A stretch of DNA of 64,000 nucleotides from Octopus sinensis (lineage: Eukaryota). Shown here piece after piece: positions 1 through 11,090 of this stretch. The position numbers and the translations under genes were made by a program. Numbering within the stretch: position 1 is the first letter of the stretch; each line of letters begins with the position of its first letter. Under the pieces are notes generated by a model. The model searched no databases and was not told where the DNA came from. It saw only the letters and a program-made list of their open reading frames with translations. The stretch lies in NCBI RefSeq assembly GCF_006345805.1, contig NC_042997.1, forward strand, positions 75,702,001-75,766,000, written 5' to 3'.

Positions 1-155
1 TCAATCTAACAAGAACGTGACAGTAGGGGGTACACCACCGCTGTATAGCCCTAGGAAGCATCGAATGCCTCCTGATAGCTTTGACACATTTTTTCCCTGT
101 GTCCTTATATAGATATACGAAGGGGAGACAAACACCCCCGGCTGCCGGAACTGCA

Positions 156-201
156 TCTAGGGACACCATGTTTCAGGATCGTTGTCCTTCATCGGCCTAG
201 A
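156..201 (-). ncRNA. Type I hammerhead ribozyme motif (CCGAUGA core, GUC site)
   Basis: Reverse complement reads tctagg-CCGATGA-agga/caacga/tcct-GAAA-ca-tgg-tg-TC-cctaga: stem I 6 bp, stem II 4 bp, short stem III. Confidence 0.8.
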
Positions 202-734
202 GTAGCAGACACCGGTCAGCTGGTGATATTTGCCTCGACTTCGTAATTCTATATATCTATATTCAGTGAAGTTTATTCACTGATTATCAAAATAAGAAAT
301 ATTGAATTTCTAAATCTCTCGTAGAGACATGTACGGTGGTGGGGAGATAGAATGGTTGTATACTGTCAATCTAACAAGAACGTGACAGTAGGGGGTACAC
401 CACCGCTGTATAGCCCTAGGAAGCATCGAACGCCTCCTGATAGCTTTGACACATTTTTTTCCTGTGTCCTTATATAGATATACGAAGGGGAGCTATCAGG
501 AGGCGTTCGATGCTTCCTAGGGCTATACAGCGGTGGTGTACCCCCTACTGTCACGTTCTTGTTAGATTGACAGTATACAACCATTCTATCGCCCCACCAC
601 CGTACATGTCTCTACGAGAGATTTAGAAATTCAATATTTCTTATTTTGATAATCAGTGAATAAACTTCACTGAATATAGATATATAGAATTATGAAGTCG
701 AGGCAAATATCACCAGCTGACCGGTGTCTGCTAC

Positions 735-780
735 TCTAGGCCGATGAAGGACAACGATCCTGAAACACGGTGTCCCTAGA
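735..780 (+). ncRNA. Type I hammerhead ribozyme motif (CCGAUGA core, GUC site, cleavage predicted after 774)
   Basis: tctagg(735-740) CCGATGA(741-747) agga caacga tcct GAAA(762-765) ca cgg tg TC cctaga(775-780); stem I extends via ctgc/gcag after a UAC bulge. Confidence 0.82.
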
Positions 781-1003
781 TGCAGTTCCGGCAGCCGGGG
801 GTGTTTGTCTCCCCTTCGTATATCTATATAAGGACACAGGGAAAAAATGTGTCAAAGCTATCAGGAGGCGTTCGATGCTTCCTAGGGCTATACAGTGGTG
901 GTGTACCCCCTACTGTCACGTTCTTGTTAGATTGACAGTATACAACCATTCTATCGCCCCACCACCGTACATGTCTCTACGAGAGATTTAGAAATTTAAT
1001 ATT

Positions 1004-1041
<38 letters not shown>

Positions 1042-1046
<5 letters not shown>

Positions 1047-1262
1047 ATCCAAACAAGAAAACACAGAAAAAAAACACAGAAAAAACACAGCAACGTGAGG
1101 ACGTGGAACAATTAAAGTATTATTTGACGCTCAGGAAAGAAGGGAAGGAGTGTTTAACGTTTCGAGCAGAGCTCTTCGTCGGAAACAAGGAGAAGGAAAG
1201 ATCCTAAGAAGGGAAGACAGAGGAAAAAATATTTTTGCTGGTGGTTCTCAAGAGATCACATG
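1042..1262 (-). mobile_element. Dispersed repeat (PLE tail-like) containing a minimal hammerhead motif
   Basis: Purine-rich block with a decayed homolog at ~21600-21850 (gacgctcaggaaaga vs gatgctcaggaaaaa); HHR motif at 1151-1187. Confidence 0.55.
1151..1187 (-). ncRNA. Minimal (dimer-type) type I hammerhead motif, CCGACGA core, GUU site
   Basis: Reverse complement: tgttt-CCGACGA-a-gagc/tct/gctc-GAA-ACGT-T-aaaca. Stem III is only the palindrome ACGU, as in minimal PLE hammerheads. Confidence 0.65.
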
Positions 1263-1280
1263 TTGCGATCACATATATAT

Positions 1281-1570
1281 ATACTAGCAGAGTTACCCGG
1301 CGTAGACTTTTCTGTTATATTTTCTGTAATGAACTGGAATACCTATGTTTCGAATTTCATCAAAATTGCAGATGAGGGTTATTTCCCTCTTTAAACACTC
1401 AAGCAAAATTGTAATTGGGCCACATGTATCCCATGCTACTGATTTTTATGCGCATATTCCAAAATTCCAGTCTTATAGAACCTGTTAAAAGATTTTGCTC
1501 CTGAAAAATGGAGGTCATGGAGCTCTAAAATGTGAAAGTTAACATACCTATTGGGGGTGGGCATCTTAAT
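1281..1570 (+). mobile_element. Helentron/DINE-1-like non-autonomous repeat fragment
   Basis: Starts tactagcagagttacccggcgt after (TA)n, similar to the start at ~6238 (ctggctgacatacccgg); contains the aatttcatcaaaat motif shared with 6980-6995. Confidence 0.35.
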
Positions 1571-2466
1571 GTCAACCAGAGAAGTTGAATTGTTGAGAAT
1601 CTTTTTAACTTGGGTCTTATATCTATTGTTTGAATTTCTTTGAAATAGGAAATATATGTTCACTGGGTTTGTAAAAGAGAGCAAAGCTACAGGAAATCAA
1701 AAGACAAATAAGCAGTCAGTTACCCTACCCTAGTCATTACCACTCCCAATGTAAGATTTTTCACCATCCAGGTGACAGGCACAGCCGTAAGATGCATTAC
1801 GAATCTATAGCAATTAGAAGGGCATGACCCAACTGAAATAAACATTAACAACTGTGTGACGTGAGGGCTAAGGGGAAATGAAAGTGTCACCTCTGGAGTT
1901 TGCAAATGACCACTATACTGATATGTAACTGGACAGAATAAATTTACAATCTATAAATGTCTTTGAATAACCAGTCACTCATCTGGGAAGGCCTTGAAAT
2001 CAATGTTACCGTCTGGGGACTATGTGTGATCCAGTGATAATAAAAAGACTGAAAGGAGGTCTGCAATCAAATAACTTTACTCAACACTTTGCAACTGAAT
2101 CACTGGAGGCAAAGATGCCTCTCATTTACTTGACAATTTATGCACCAGATTGCAGAAATCACAATGTAAGTGTATGTCAAAGCAAACTGTTACACTGTTG
2201 TAGCATTGAATTACAAATAATGCTCATCTTTTATGCTCAGGTAACCCTACAGCTTCCAAGAGCACAACTGTATTCATTTTTGCTTAGATAAAATGACAAA
2301 ATTGTGAGTGTCAAGTCCCCATGGAGGGGTCTTTCTGACTGTAAGATGATGAAATTTTATAAATGTTACTTCATTTGTGTCTAATATCTATGGTTAAAAT
2401 TTCATCAACAGCAAAAATATATGAATTATCATCTATCTATCTATCCATATATATATATATATATAT

Positions 2467-4706
2467 CATCATCATCATCATCATTTAGTGTCCGCTTTCC
2501 ATGCTAGCATGGGTTGGACGGTTCAACTGGGGTCTGTGAAGCCAGAAGGCTGCATCAGGCCCAGTCTCATCTGATAGTGTTTCTACGGCTGGATGCCCTT
2601 CCTAACGCCAACCACTCCGTGAGTGTAATGGGTGCTTTTTACGTGCCACCCACACAGGTGCCAGACGGAGCTGGCAAATGGCCACGAACGGATGGTGCTT
2701 TTTACGTGCCACCGGCATGTGGCCAGTCGGGGCGGCGCTGGCAACAGCCACAAACGGATGGTGGTGCCAGACGAGTCTGGCAAACGGCCATGAATGGATG
2801 GTGCTTTTTTACGTGCCACCAGCACGGGGGCTAGGCGAGGCTGGCAACGGCCACGAACGGATGGTGCTTTTTACGTGCCACCGGCACGAGGCCAGTCTGG
2901 ACGGCGCTGGCAACGGCCACATTCGGATGGTTCTCTTACGTGCCACCAGCACTGGTAACTCAGCTGCAATTTCCATTGATCGATTTCGATTCTGATCCTC
3001 ACTTGCCTCAACAGGTCTTCACAAGTAGAGTTTTGTGTCCCTAGAAGGGAAGGTATGCATAAGTGGGCTGGCTTCATCCCATGTAGAAGGCCACGGGTTA
3101 TGGTCTCACTTGTCCTGCCGGGTCTTCTCACGCACAGCATACTTCCAGAGGTCTCGGTCTATAGTCATTTCCTCAGTGAGACCTAAAGTTCAAAGGTCGT
3201 GCTTCACCACCTCATCCCAGGTTTTCCTCGGTCTGCCTCTTCCACAGGTTCCCTCAACCGCTAGGGTGTGCCATTTTTCACACAACTATCTTCATCCATT
3301 CTCGCCACATGCCCATACCAGCGCAAACGTCTCTCTTGCACACCACAACTGATGCTTCTTAGGTCCAGCTTTTCTCTCAAGGTACTTACACTCTGTCGAG
3401 TATGAGTACTGACATTACACATCCATCGGAGCATACTGGCTTCATTTCTTGCGAGCTTACGCATATCCTCAGCAGTCACGGCCCATGTTTCACTGCCATG
3501 TAGCATGGCTGTTCGTACACACACGTCATACAGTCTGCCTTTCACTCTGAGCGAGAGGCCTTTTGTCACCAGCAGAGGTAAGAGCTCTCTGAACTTTGCC
3601 CAAGCTATTCTTACTCTACCAGTTACACTTTCAGCACACCCACCCCCGCTGCTGACTTGGTCATCTAGGTAACGGAAGCTATCAACTATTTCTAGTTTTT
3701 CTCCCTGGAAAGTGACAGAAGTTGGTCTCAGAGCATTTTCAGTGTTTATTGTTCCTGAACATCTGCCACATACAAAAACCATCTTCCTAGTTAGCCTTCC
3801 TTTGACATTGCTGCACCTGTTATGTGTCCATAGCTTACACTGGGTACATCTTAAAGGTCATCAGCATAGAGGAGCTCCCAAGGGCATCCTGTCTTGAATT
3901 CCTCCGTTATTGCCTGGAGGACTATGATAAATAGGAGGGGGCTGAGGACTGAGCCTTGGTGGACCCCTACCTCTACCCGGAATTCTTCACTGTACTTGTT
4001 GCCAACCCTCACCTTACTAGCAGCGTCCCTGTACATGGCTCGCACAGCTCTCACTAACCATTCATCTATCCCTAGTTTCCTCATTGACCACCAGATAAGG
4101 GATCGGGGGACCCTGTCGAAGGCTTTCTCCATGTCAACAAAAGCCAGGTACAGGGGCTTATCTTTGGCTAGGTATTTCTCCTGCAGCTGTCTTACCAGGA
4201 ATATAGCATCAGTGGTACTTTTCCCTGGCACGAACCCAAACTGCATCTCATCTAAACTAACTCTCTCTCTAATTAGTTGGGCTATAGCCGACACTACCAG
4301 ATATTTTGAGCATCTCTGCAATGATTCTTGATGGGCCTGGGGCTTTCCTTGTCTTCATGCTTCTAATTGCCTTAACTACCAAGGAACTATCAACTCGGAT
4401 ATCTGGTCCCTCTGTTGGGTCAACATTCGGCAGACTCTCTTTATCCCATTCATTTTCTTTATTCAGCAACCTTTCATAGTGGCGTCTCCAAACCTCTCTC
4501 TTTGCATCCTCATTTAGCGCAAGTGAACCATCTTCCATGCGAACACACTTCTCTCCTACCACATCACAATTCTCTCTCACACATTGTCTTGCAACGCGAA
4601 ACACCTCCAGTCTTTGATCCTCACGGCGCAGAACATTGGCAAATTTTTTCTTATCTGCTTCCCCTCTGGCTAGATAGACCTGTCTCCTAGCTTCCCTTTT
4701 GGCAGT
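2467..4706 (-). mobile_element. RTE-clade LINE, 5'-truncated, with internal deletions, 3' UTR minisatellite and (GAT)n tail
   Basis: ORFs 3851-4321 (FVDMEKAFDRV, GVHQGSVLSPLLF, YADD), 3261-3782 (FRYLD, WYGHVARM) and 4269-4604; (cat)n at 2467-2484; ~62-bp acgtgcc repeats at 2630-2950. Confidence 0.93.
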
Positions 4707-4707
4707 T

Positions 4708-4848
4708 ACCCTAATGGGGGTCTTCTACTCCCAAAATGCATAGAATATAATTTCCAAATTTCATAAAGATCCATTCAGTACTTTTGACCTAGTTTTGCAT
4801 CATAAAAGAAATGACTGAAATTTGGGAGTAGAAGGCCCCCATTAGGGT
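4708..4848. mobile_element. MITE-like element with 28-bp terminal inverted repeats
   Basis: accctaatgggggtcttctactcccaaa (4708-4735) pairs with tttgggagtagaaggcccccattagggt (4821-4848), one mismatch. Confidence 0.75.
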
Positions 4849-4882
4849 GTTTTTTATATATATATATATATATATAATATAT

Positions 4883-4917
<35 letters not shown>

Positions 4918-4969
4918 TAGATGATAGATATATATATACACATGCATGCACACACACACACACATACAA

Positions 4970-5625
4970 AGATAAATTGATAGATACAACTGAGTGGGCA
5001 AACAAAAATATGAGACACGGCCTAGTGGGTTTTTTTATGTTGATAAGCCTAGTACTTATTCTATTAGTTTGTTCTTGTGAAACCAGTAAGTTATGGGGAT
5101 GTAAATAAATGAACAGCAGTTGTGAAGCAGTGATGAGGGCGAAATACAGAGACAAAGATACACACATACACTTACATATATACATACATATATATATATA
5201 TACAATTAATTTGTTTCAGTTCCTGTCTACGAAATCCATATATATATATTATATATGTATACACACACACACACAAAGAGAAATTGATAGATACAGCTGA
5301 GTGGGCAAACAAAAATATGAGACACTGCCTAGTGCTTTTTTTTTATTTTGATAAGCCTGGTACTTATTGTATCAGTTTCTTCTTGTGAAACCAGTAAGTT
5401 ACGAACACCAGTTGGGAAGCAGTGATGAGGGAGAAACACAGACACACACATAGACTTACATATATGCATACATATATATATATACAATTGATTTCTTTCA
5501 GTTTCTGTCTACAAAATCCACTTAGCAGGCAGAAGACATAGGCCAAGTTACTACACAGTGGGACTGAACTGATAGCCATGTGTTTTGGAACCAAGTTTGT
5601 TACCACACAGCCACACCTGCACCTA
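4970..5625 (-). mobile_element. tRNA-derived SINE with a locally duplicated body (~305-bp period)
   Basis: 4970-5240 and 5277-5520 are diverged direct repeats; 5520-5625 reverse-complements to a SINE head (ggtgcaggtgtggctgtgtggt...ttcagtcccactg) like 13900. Confidence 0.75.
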
Positions 5626-5761
5626 TATATGTGTGTGTGGAGGGGGTGTATATGTATGCAGGTATATATGTGTATATATATGTGTACATATTACATGTAC
5701 ATCTATATATATACATCCATATATATATATACATGTATATGTATACATCTATATATATATG

Positions 5762-5800
<39 letters not shown>
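5626..5800. repeat. TA/TG compound microsatellite
   Basis: Visible (TA)n with TG/CA interruptions. Confidence 0.9.
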
Positions 5801-5805
<5 letters not shown>

Positions 5806-5811
5806 AATTTA

Positions 5812-7060
5812 AATGTAAAATAATAAGGGTGAAAAATTGAATATTAATTTGATTAATATGAATTGAAAACCAGTGGTGTAGCATATAAGACCATAGCAGA
5901 TCTTCTAGCAAAATGGATGTCCACTGTTAATGGTTCATCCCTCTTATATAATAGTTTGACTTTAATAGTTTCATTATTAAAGTGAAAGCATCTGACATTA
6001 CAATAGAGAGATGTTTTTGTTTCACTTTTAACATGTAATACTGAAATAGTGGAGAAGATATGATATTGCTGTCGGCTCGCCCTAGGCAAGAAGTTGAAAT
6101 TTTTGCCCATGACACTACATGGACACTAAGTAAGGCATGTGTAAAATTTGAATGAAATTGGTTGTGTAGTTCTCAAGTTTTAGGGATTCACACAGACAGA
6201 CAGACACACATTCTCAGTTTTATATATATAGATATATACACTGGCTGACATACCCGGTAATTCCCAAGAAAGCAGGACTTATCCCTTGGTTCCATTCTCA
6301 TAATTGTTTCACTAATCCAATAACAATAACACAAAGTATGTAGCCCTTAAAATAGTTTTTGTGCATTTACAGAAAAAACTAAATTGTCTTACACAGGATC
6401 TTGTTTTTAGGAATTCCCAATAAGTTATGAATACCCAAATTGTGAAGTCACTTATGTAATAACATGAAATTAGTTACCTAATAGTAAGAATTCAAATAAA
6501 ATAGCCCCGAAAAGGGCTTTAATGCATTCCCAGAGTATATAGAACATAGGAGGAAATATTAATAAGGTATGTATACTAAAATTGTGAAGCATGTTACAGG
6601 TTAATCAGATATGAGATAATAACAATTCAAAGTAAATAACTCTGAAAAGGGCTTTTGTGCATTCCCAGAGAATATTACCCTCAGGGGCACTAGTGTTGGT
6701 ATATTCATGAAATAAATGGATCTTTTGTTTAGGAAAATACTATTTACTTGCTTAAGGATTGTACTGGATAAATTGCGAAAATAACTCTAACAATTCATAT
6801 ACTAAGAAATAAGCTTACTCAATTTCATTTTTACCAAATAATTTAGGGAAATGAATGAGCTATTTCCCTTGGTTTTTAAAATAAATATTAGATATATGTA
6901 AGGATCCCTTCCAGGGGCCCCATTATTGATTTGTTTTCAATAATCTGAGTATTCCAGGCATGAGTTCTACTCACATGTCAAGTTTCATCAAAATCGATAA
7001 AACAATGTCGGAGGAGTTAACTAACAACTCTACAAACACACAGACAGAATTTCTCACATA
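5812..7060 (+). mobile_element. Two adjacent Helentron/DINE-1-like non-autonomous repeats
   Basis: Both end in aaatttgaatgaaattgg or aagtttcatcaaaatcg followed by (acag)n (6200-6232, 7030-7060); the second starts ctggctgacatacccgg and has internal repeats (aaagggcttt..gcattcccagag at ~6510 and ~6650). Confidence 0.5.
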
Positions 7061-9632
7061 TCATCATCATCATTATCATCGTTTAGCATCCGTTTTCCAT
7101 GCTAGCATGGGTTGGATGGTTCGACCGGGGTCTGGGAAGCCAGGAGGCTGCACCAGGCTCCAGTCTGATCTGGCAGTGTTTCTACTGCTGGATGCCCTTC
7201 CTAACACCAACCACTCCATGAGTGTAGTGGGTGATTTTTACATGCCACCGGCACAGGAGCCAGAGGTGGCTGGCAAATGGCCACAATTGGTTGGTGCTTT
7301 TACGTGTCACTGATACGGATGCCAGTCAGGCAGTGCTGGCATCTGCCATGTTCGGACAATGCTTTTAATGTGTCACCAGCACGGGTATCTTAACTACAAT
7401 TTCCATTTGATTTTCATTTTGATGATGTTGTTGACGTACTTAACTCAATAGGTCTCCTCAAGAACAGCAGGTCACTCTACGAGCCAAGGTTAGCACAGCA
7501 GGCCATCCTGCAAGCCATGAACTCACTTCATTTGTCGGGTCTTCACAGTCACAGCATATCTCAGAGGTCTCAGTCTTTGCCGTTTCCTCTGTGAGGCCCT
7601 ACGTGCCACTGGCACGGGTATCACAACTACAATATTCATATGATTTTTATTTTGATGTTGATGTACTTGACACAATAGGTCTCCTCAAGTACAGCAGGCC
7701 GTCCTGCAAGCCATGAACTCACTTCATTTGTTGGGTCTTTCGAAGTCACATCATATCTCCAGAGGTCTCGGTCTTTCATTATAGCCTCTGTGAAGCTCAA
7801 CATATGAAAGTCATGCTTGACCACCTTGTCCCATGTCTTCCTGGGTCTACCTCTATCCTGGATTCCTTCAACAGTTTGGGAGTAGCACTTCTTCACACAT
7901 CTCTGCTCATCCATCTGTAGTACATGACCATACCAATGCAAACATCTCTCCTGCACGCTGCATCCGATGCTTCTTATGCCCAACATTTCTATCAGGGCGT
8001 TTACACTCTATTGTGCATGGACACTGACATTACACATCCAACAGATCATGCTAGCTTCATTTGTTTTGAGCCTACGCATGCCCTCTGCTGTCACAGACCA
8101 TGTTTCACTGCCGTGAAGCATGGCAGTTTGCACACATTTGTTGTACAATCTACCTTTCACTCTGAGCGAGAGACCCTTTGTCACCAGTAGGGAAAGAAGC
8201 TTCCTAAACTTTGCCCAGGCTATTCTTATTCTAGTAACACTCTCTGAGCATCCACCCCCACTACTAACTTGGTCACCTAGGTAGCAGAAACAATCAACTA
8301 CTTCTAGCTTCTCTCCCAGGAGTGTAACGGAATCTGTTTTCTGAGTATCAATGGTGTCTATTGCTTCTGTGCATCTGCCGCACATGAAAGCTATCTTCTC
8401 GGTTAATTTTCCTTTGATGTTGCTGCACCTCTTATGTATCCATAGCTTACACTGGGTACATCTTATTGAGTTTCTACCTACACCTTTTCTACAGATCGAG
8501 CAGCTTACTAGAACTTTGGTCTTTGCAACATTTACTCTAAGGCCTTTTGATTCTAAACCTAGCTTCCACACATGAAATTTCTTCTCTAATTCCAGTAGTG
8601 ATTCTGCTACAGTAGTGATTATGCTAGGTCATCAGCATAGAGGAGTTCCCAGGGGCAACCGATCTTGAATTGCTCTGTTATTGCCTGGAGGACTATGATG
8701 AATAGAAGGGGACTGAGGGCTGAGCCTTGGTGGATGACAACTTCTACCCGGAATTCTTTACTGTATTCATTGCCAATCTTAACCTTACTAACAGTCTCTC
8801 TGTAAAGGGCCTGTACAGCCCTTATTAACCATTCATCAATCTCCAGTTTCCACATAGCCCACCAGATAAGGGATCGGGGTACCCTGTGAAAGGCTTTCTC
8901 CAAGTCCACGAAAGCTAAGTATAGGGGTTTATCTTTGGCTAGGTATTTCTCCTGCAGTTGTCAAACCAGTGGTGCTTCTACCCGGCACAAAACCGAACTG
9001 CATCTCATCTATGCAGACTCTCTCTCCCTGATGAGATGGACTATGACCCTCTCCATGACCTTCATTACCTGATCCAGCAGTTTGATACCCCTGTAGTTAT
9101 TTCTATCTAGAGCATCACCTTTACCCTTGTAGCAGTTGACTATGGTGCTGCTATGCCAGTCATTGGGTATGACTCCGTCATGAACTTCCTGGTTTACAAT
9201 GCGGGTGACTAGGCTGTAGCCCACACCGCCAGATGTTTTAAACATCTCAGCTGTGATTCTTGATAGGCTGGGGGCTTTTCCTGGCTTCATACCCTTAATT
9301 GCTTTGTCTACTAGAGAGCTATCTATACGGAGAGCTGGTCCCTCTACTGGGTCAACACTTGGTAGGCTCTCCTTCTCCCGTTCATTCTACACATTCAGCA
9401 GTCTTTCATAGTGGCTTCTCCAAGCCTCTTTCTTTTCAGAATCACTAAAAGCAAGTGCACCAGCATCCATTCGAACACATTTCTCTCCTGTGACATTACA
9501 ATTTTCTCTCACACACTGTCTTGCAATCCGAAATACCTCCCTTCTTCGGTCCTCACATCTCTGGACATTGGCAAAATTCTTTTTTTCTGCTTCGCACTTG
9601 GCTATGTATACCTGCTGCCCAGCCTCTCTTCT
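7061..9632 (-). mobile_element. Older RTE LINE copy, frameshifted, with duplicated 3' UTR pieces
   Basis: ORFs 9009-9290, 8619-8909 (YADD), 8008-8571 (PHD-like finger, YLGDQ), 7636-7986; (cat)n at 7061. Confidence 0.92.
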
Positions 9633-9639
9633 CTATGTA

Positions 9640-9676
<37 letters not shown>

Positions 9677-9708
9677 CCAAATAAAAAGATTAAGAATATC
9701 TTTTACCA

Positions 9709-9903
9709 CATCATTAATGATTCAATATACTTGTTTTTGTGCCAACTCTGCTTGCAATGCCAGTTTACACAAAAATTTGAAGTGAAAATATACGTAGTGT
9801 TTGCAGTTTTAGACATTACATAAATTTTCACTTTGAATTTTTGCTTAAACTGGCGTTGCAAGCAGAGTTGGTACAAAACAATTGTAACAAATCATTTAAG
9901 ATG
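9709..9903. repeat. Foldback (hairpin) element, MITE-like
   Basis: ttgtttttgtgccaactctgcttgcaatgccagttta (from 9731) pairs with taaactggcgttgcaagcagagttggtacaaaacaa (to 9881); inner and outer arms also pair imperfectly. Confidence 0.8.
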
Positions 9904-10104
9904 CATTAAAGAATTTCTCTGTCTTCTTTTTATTTGGATTATAATTTACACTTCGGCAAACCCACATCACAGTGTGACTGTTGTGAAACCAAGATTTTCT
10001 CCACTTGAAAAATTCTAGCATTAATCTTGAACCCAACAGTGTTGATAGTCCAGTCTTCAGGTTGAGTGCTTCTCTGGATACACCTTATCTTTATACTGTA
10101 CTAG

Positions 10105-10322
10105 GACCTAAGATTATATATGTGTGTGTGTTTGTGTGTCTTTGTATCTGTGTTTGTCCCCTACCACTGCTTGACAACTGGTGTTATCCCCCGTAACTTC
10201 GTAGTTGAGCAAGAGTAATCAAAAGAATAAGTACCAGGCTTTAAAAAATTAAATACTTGGGGTCGATTCATTCAAATTCTTAAAGGCAGTGCCTAGTATG
10301 GCCGTAGTTTAATGACTGAAAC
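10105..10322 (+). mobile_element. SINE 3' half (same family as 13900-14205)
   Basis: ccccgtaactt, agaataagtaccaggc, ggggtcgatt and aaaggcagtgcctagtatggccgtagtttaatgactgaaac tail. Confidence 0.75.
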
Positions 10323-10329
10323 TCATTCC

Positions 10330-11090
10330 CAGATTTTGTGTTTCTCAAAGTTGAAGTCAACAGTATCATATACAGTATAAAAACCTATGTTGATAAGCTA
10401 TCTCCTTGAAAGATTCCACATTTGATTTTGACAAAACCTAAGCTCTGATACCCAATTTGAGTTCAGTGACCCATTCATTCACACTTTGACTCAGTAGATT
10501 CACAATATCATGTGCAATTCTGAATTCCTGAAGCAGTCTTTAATGTATAAATGAGGAATCAAATGGTATGCTTTGCAGTTGTCTATTCATACCATCCTTA
10601 AGTTGGTGTTGCACTTTATGCAGTCTTTCAACACTGTCTTATATATCAATAGTTGATCTGATTCCTCTGCGTCCATGTTTTTTCCCTTTTTGCTTTTCCA
10701 GTAAGATGTTATCTTGTCCATGAACTTGAACATTTCATCTGCCAGTATTCCAGTTATCAGTTTCCACATGATGGACAGACAGGTTATTGGCCTGAAGTTG
10801 TCAACAGTATTTCCTTTTGATACTTCTTTCTGGCACAATTTTGTTCCTCCTTTGGTGAACCAGCCTGAGATTTTTCTATCAAAGATCAACTGGACTCCCT
10901 ATTCAAGTTGTACAAAATGTTCACATGATATCCAGGTGGTATTTTGTTTAATTATTATTACTGAGTGTGAAGAGCAACACATGCCATCAGAATGATACTG
11001 GGGTACAAATATATGAAGCCCAATATGCCCATCATGACTATCTGTCTGAAAAGGGTACACCAAGCACATGTCATATGCATGCAACACAGT
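10330..11090 (-). mobile_element. R4/Dong-type non-LTR retrotransposon RT fragment
   Basis: ORF 10587-10889: WFTKGGT, NFRPITCLSIMWKLITGI, DQLLI.K.VL, typical of R4/Dong RT N-terminal motifs. Confidence 0.75.

Larger units (their letters stand above)
1..1005. repeat. 365-bp non-coding tandem repeat carrying a hammerhead ribozyme, present as two back-to-back (divergent) partial arrays; retrozyme/Penelope pLTR-like
   Basis: tcaatctaacaagaacg at 1 recurs at 366 (period 365). From ~491 the sequence is the reverse complement of 1-445 and repeats again with the same period until a (TA)n tract at ~1010. Each array contains one HHR motif. Confidence 0.9.

Noticed and set aside
1340-1365. Minus-strand ttgatgaaattcgaaac resembling a hammerhead core
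   Set aside because: C3 absent, no stem II or stem I; matches the tttcatcaaaat motif of the Helentron-like repeats.
1780-2291. Possible exon ending at a perfect GTAAGT donor (2166), or a very decayed PLE endonuclease (ORF 2022-2291)
   Set aside because: No convincing acceptor or phase match to the 17322 exon; peptide similarity to PLE C-termini is too faint to call.
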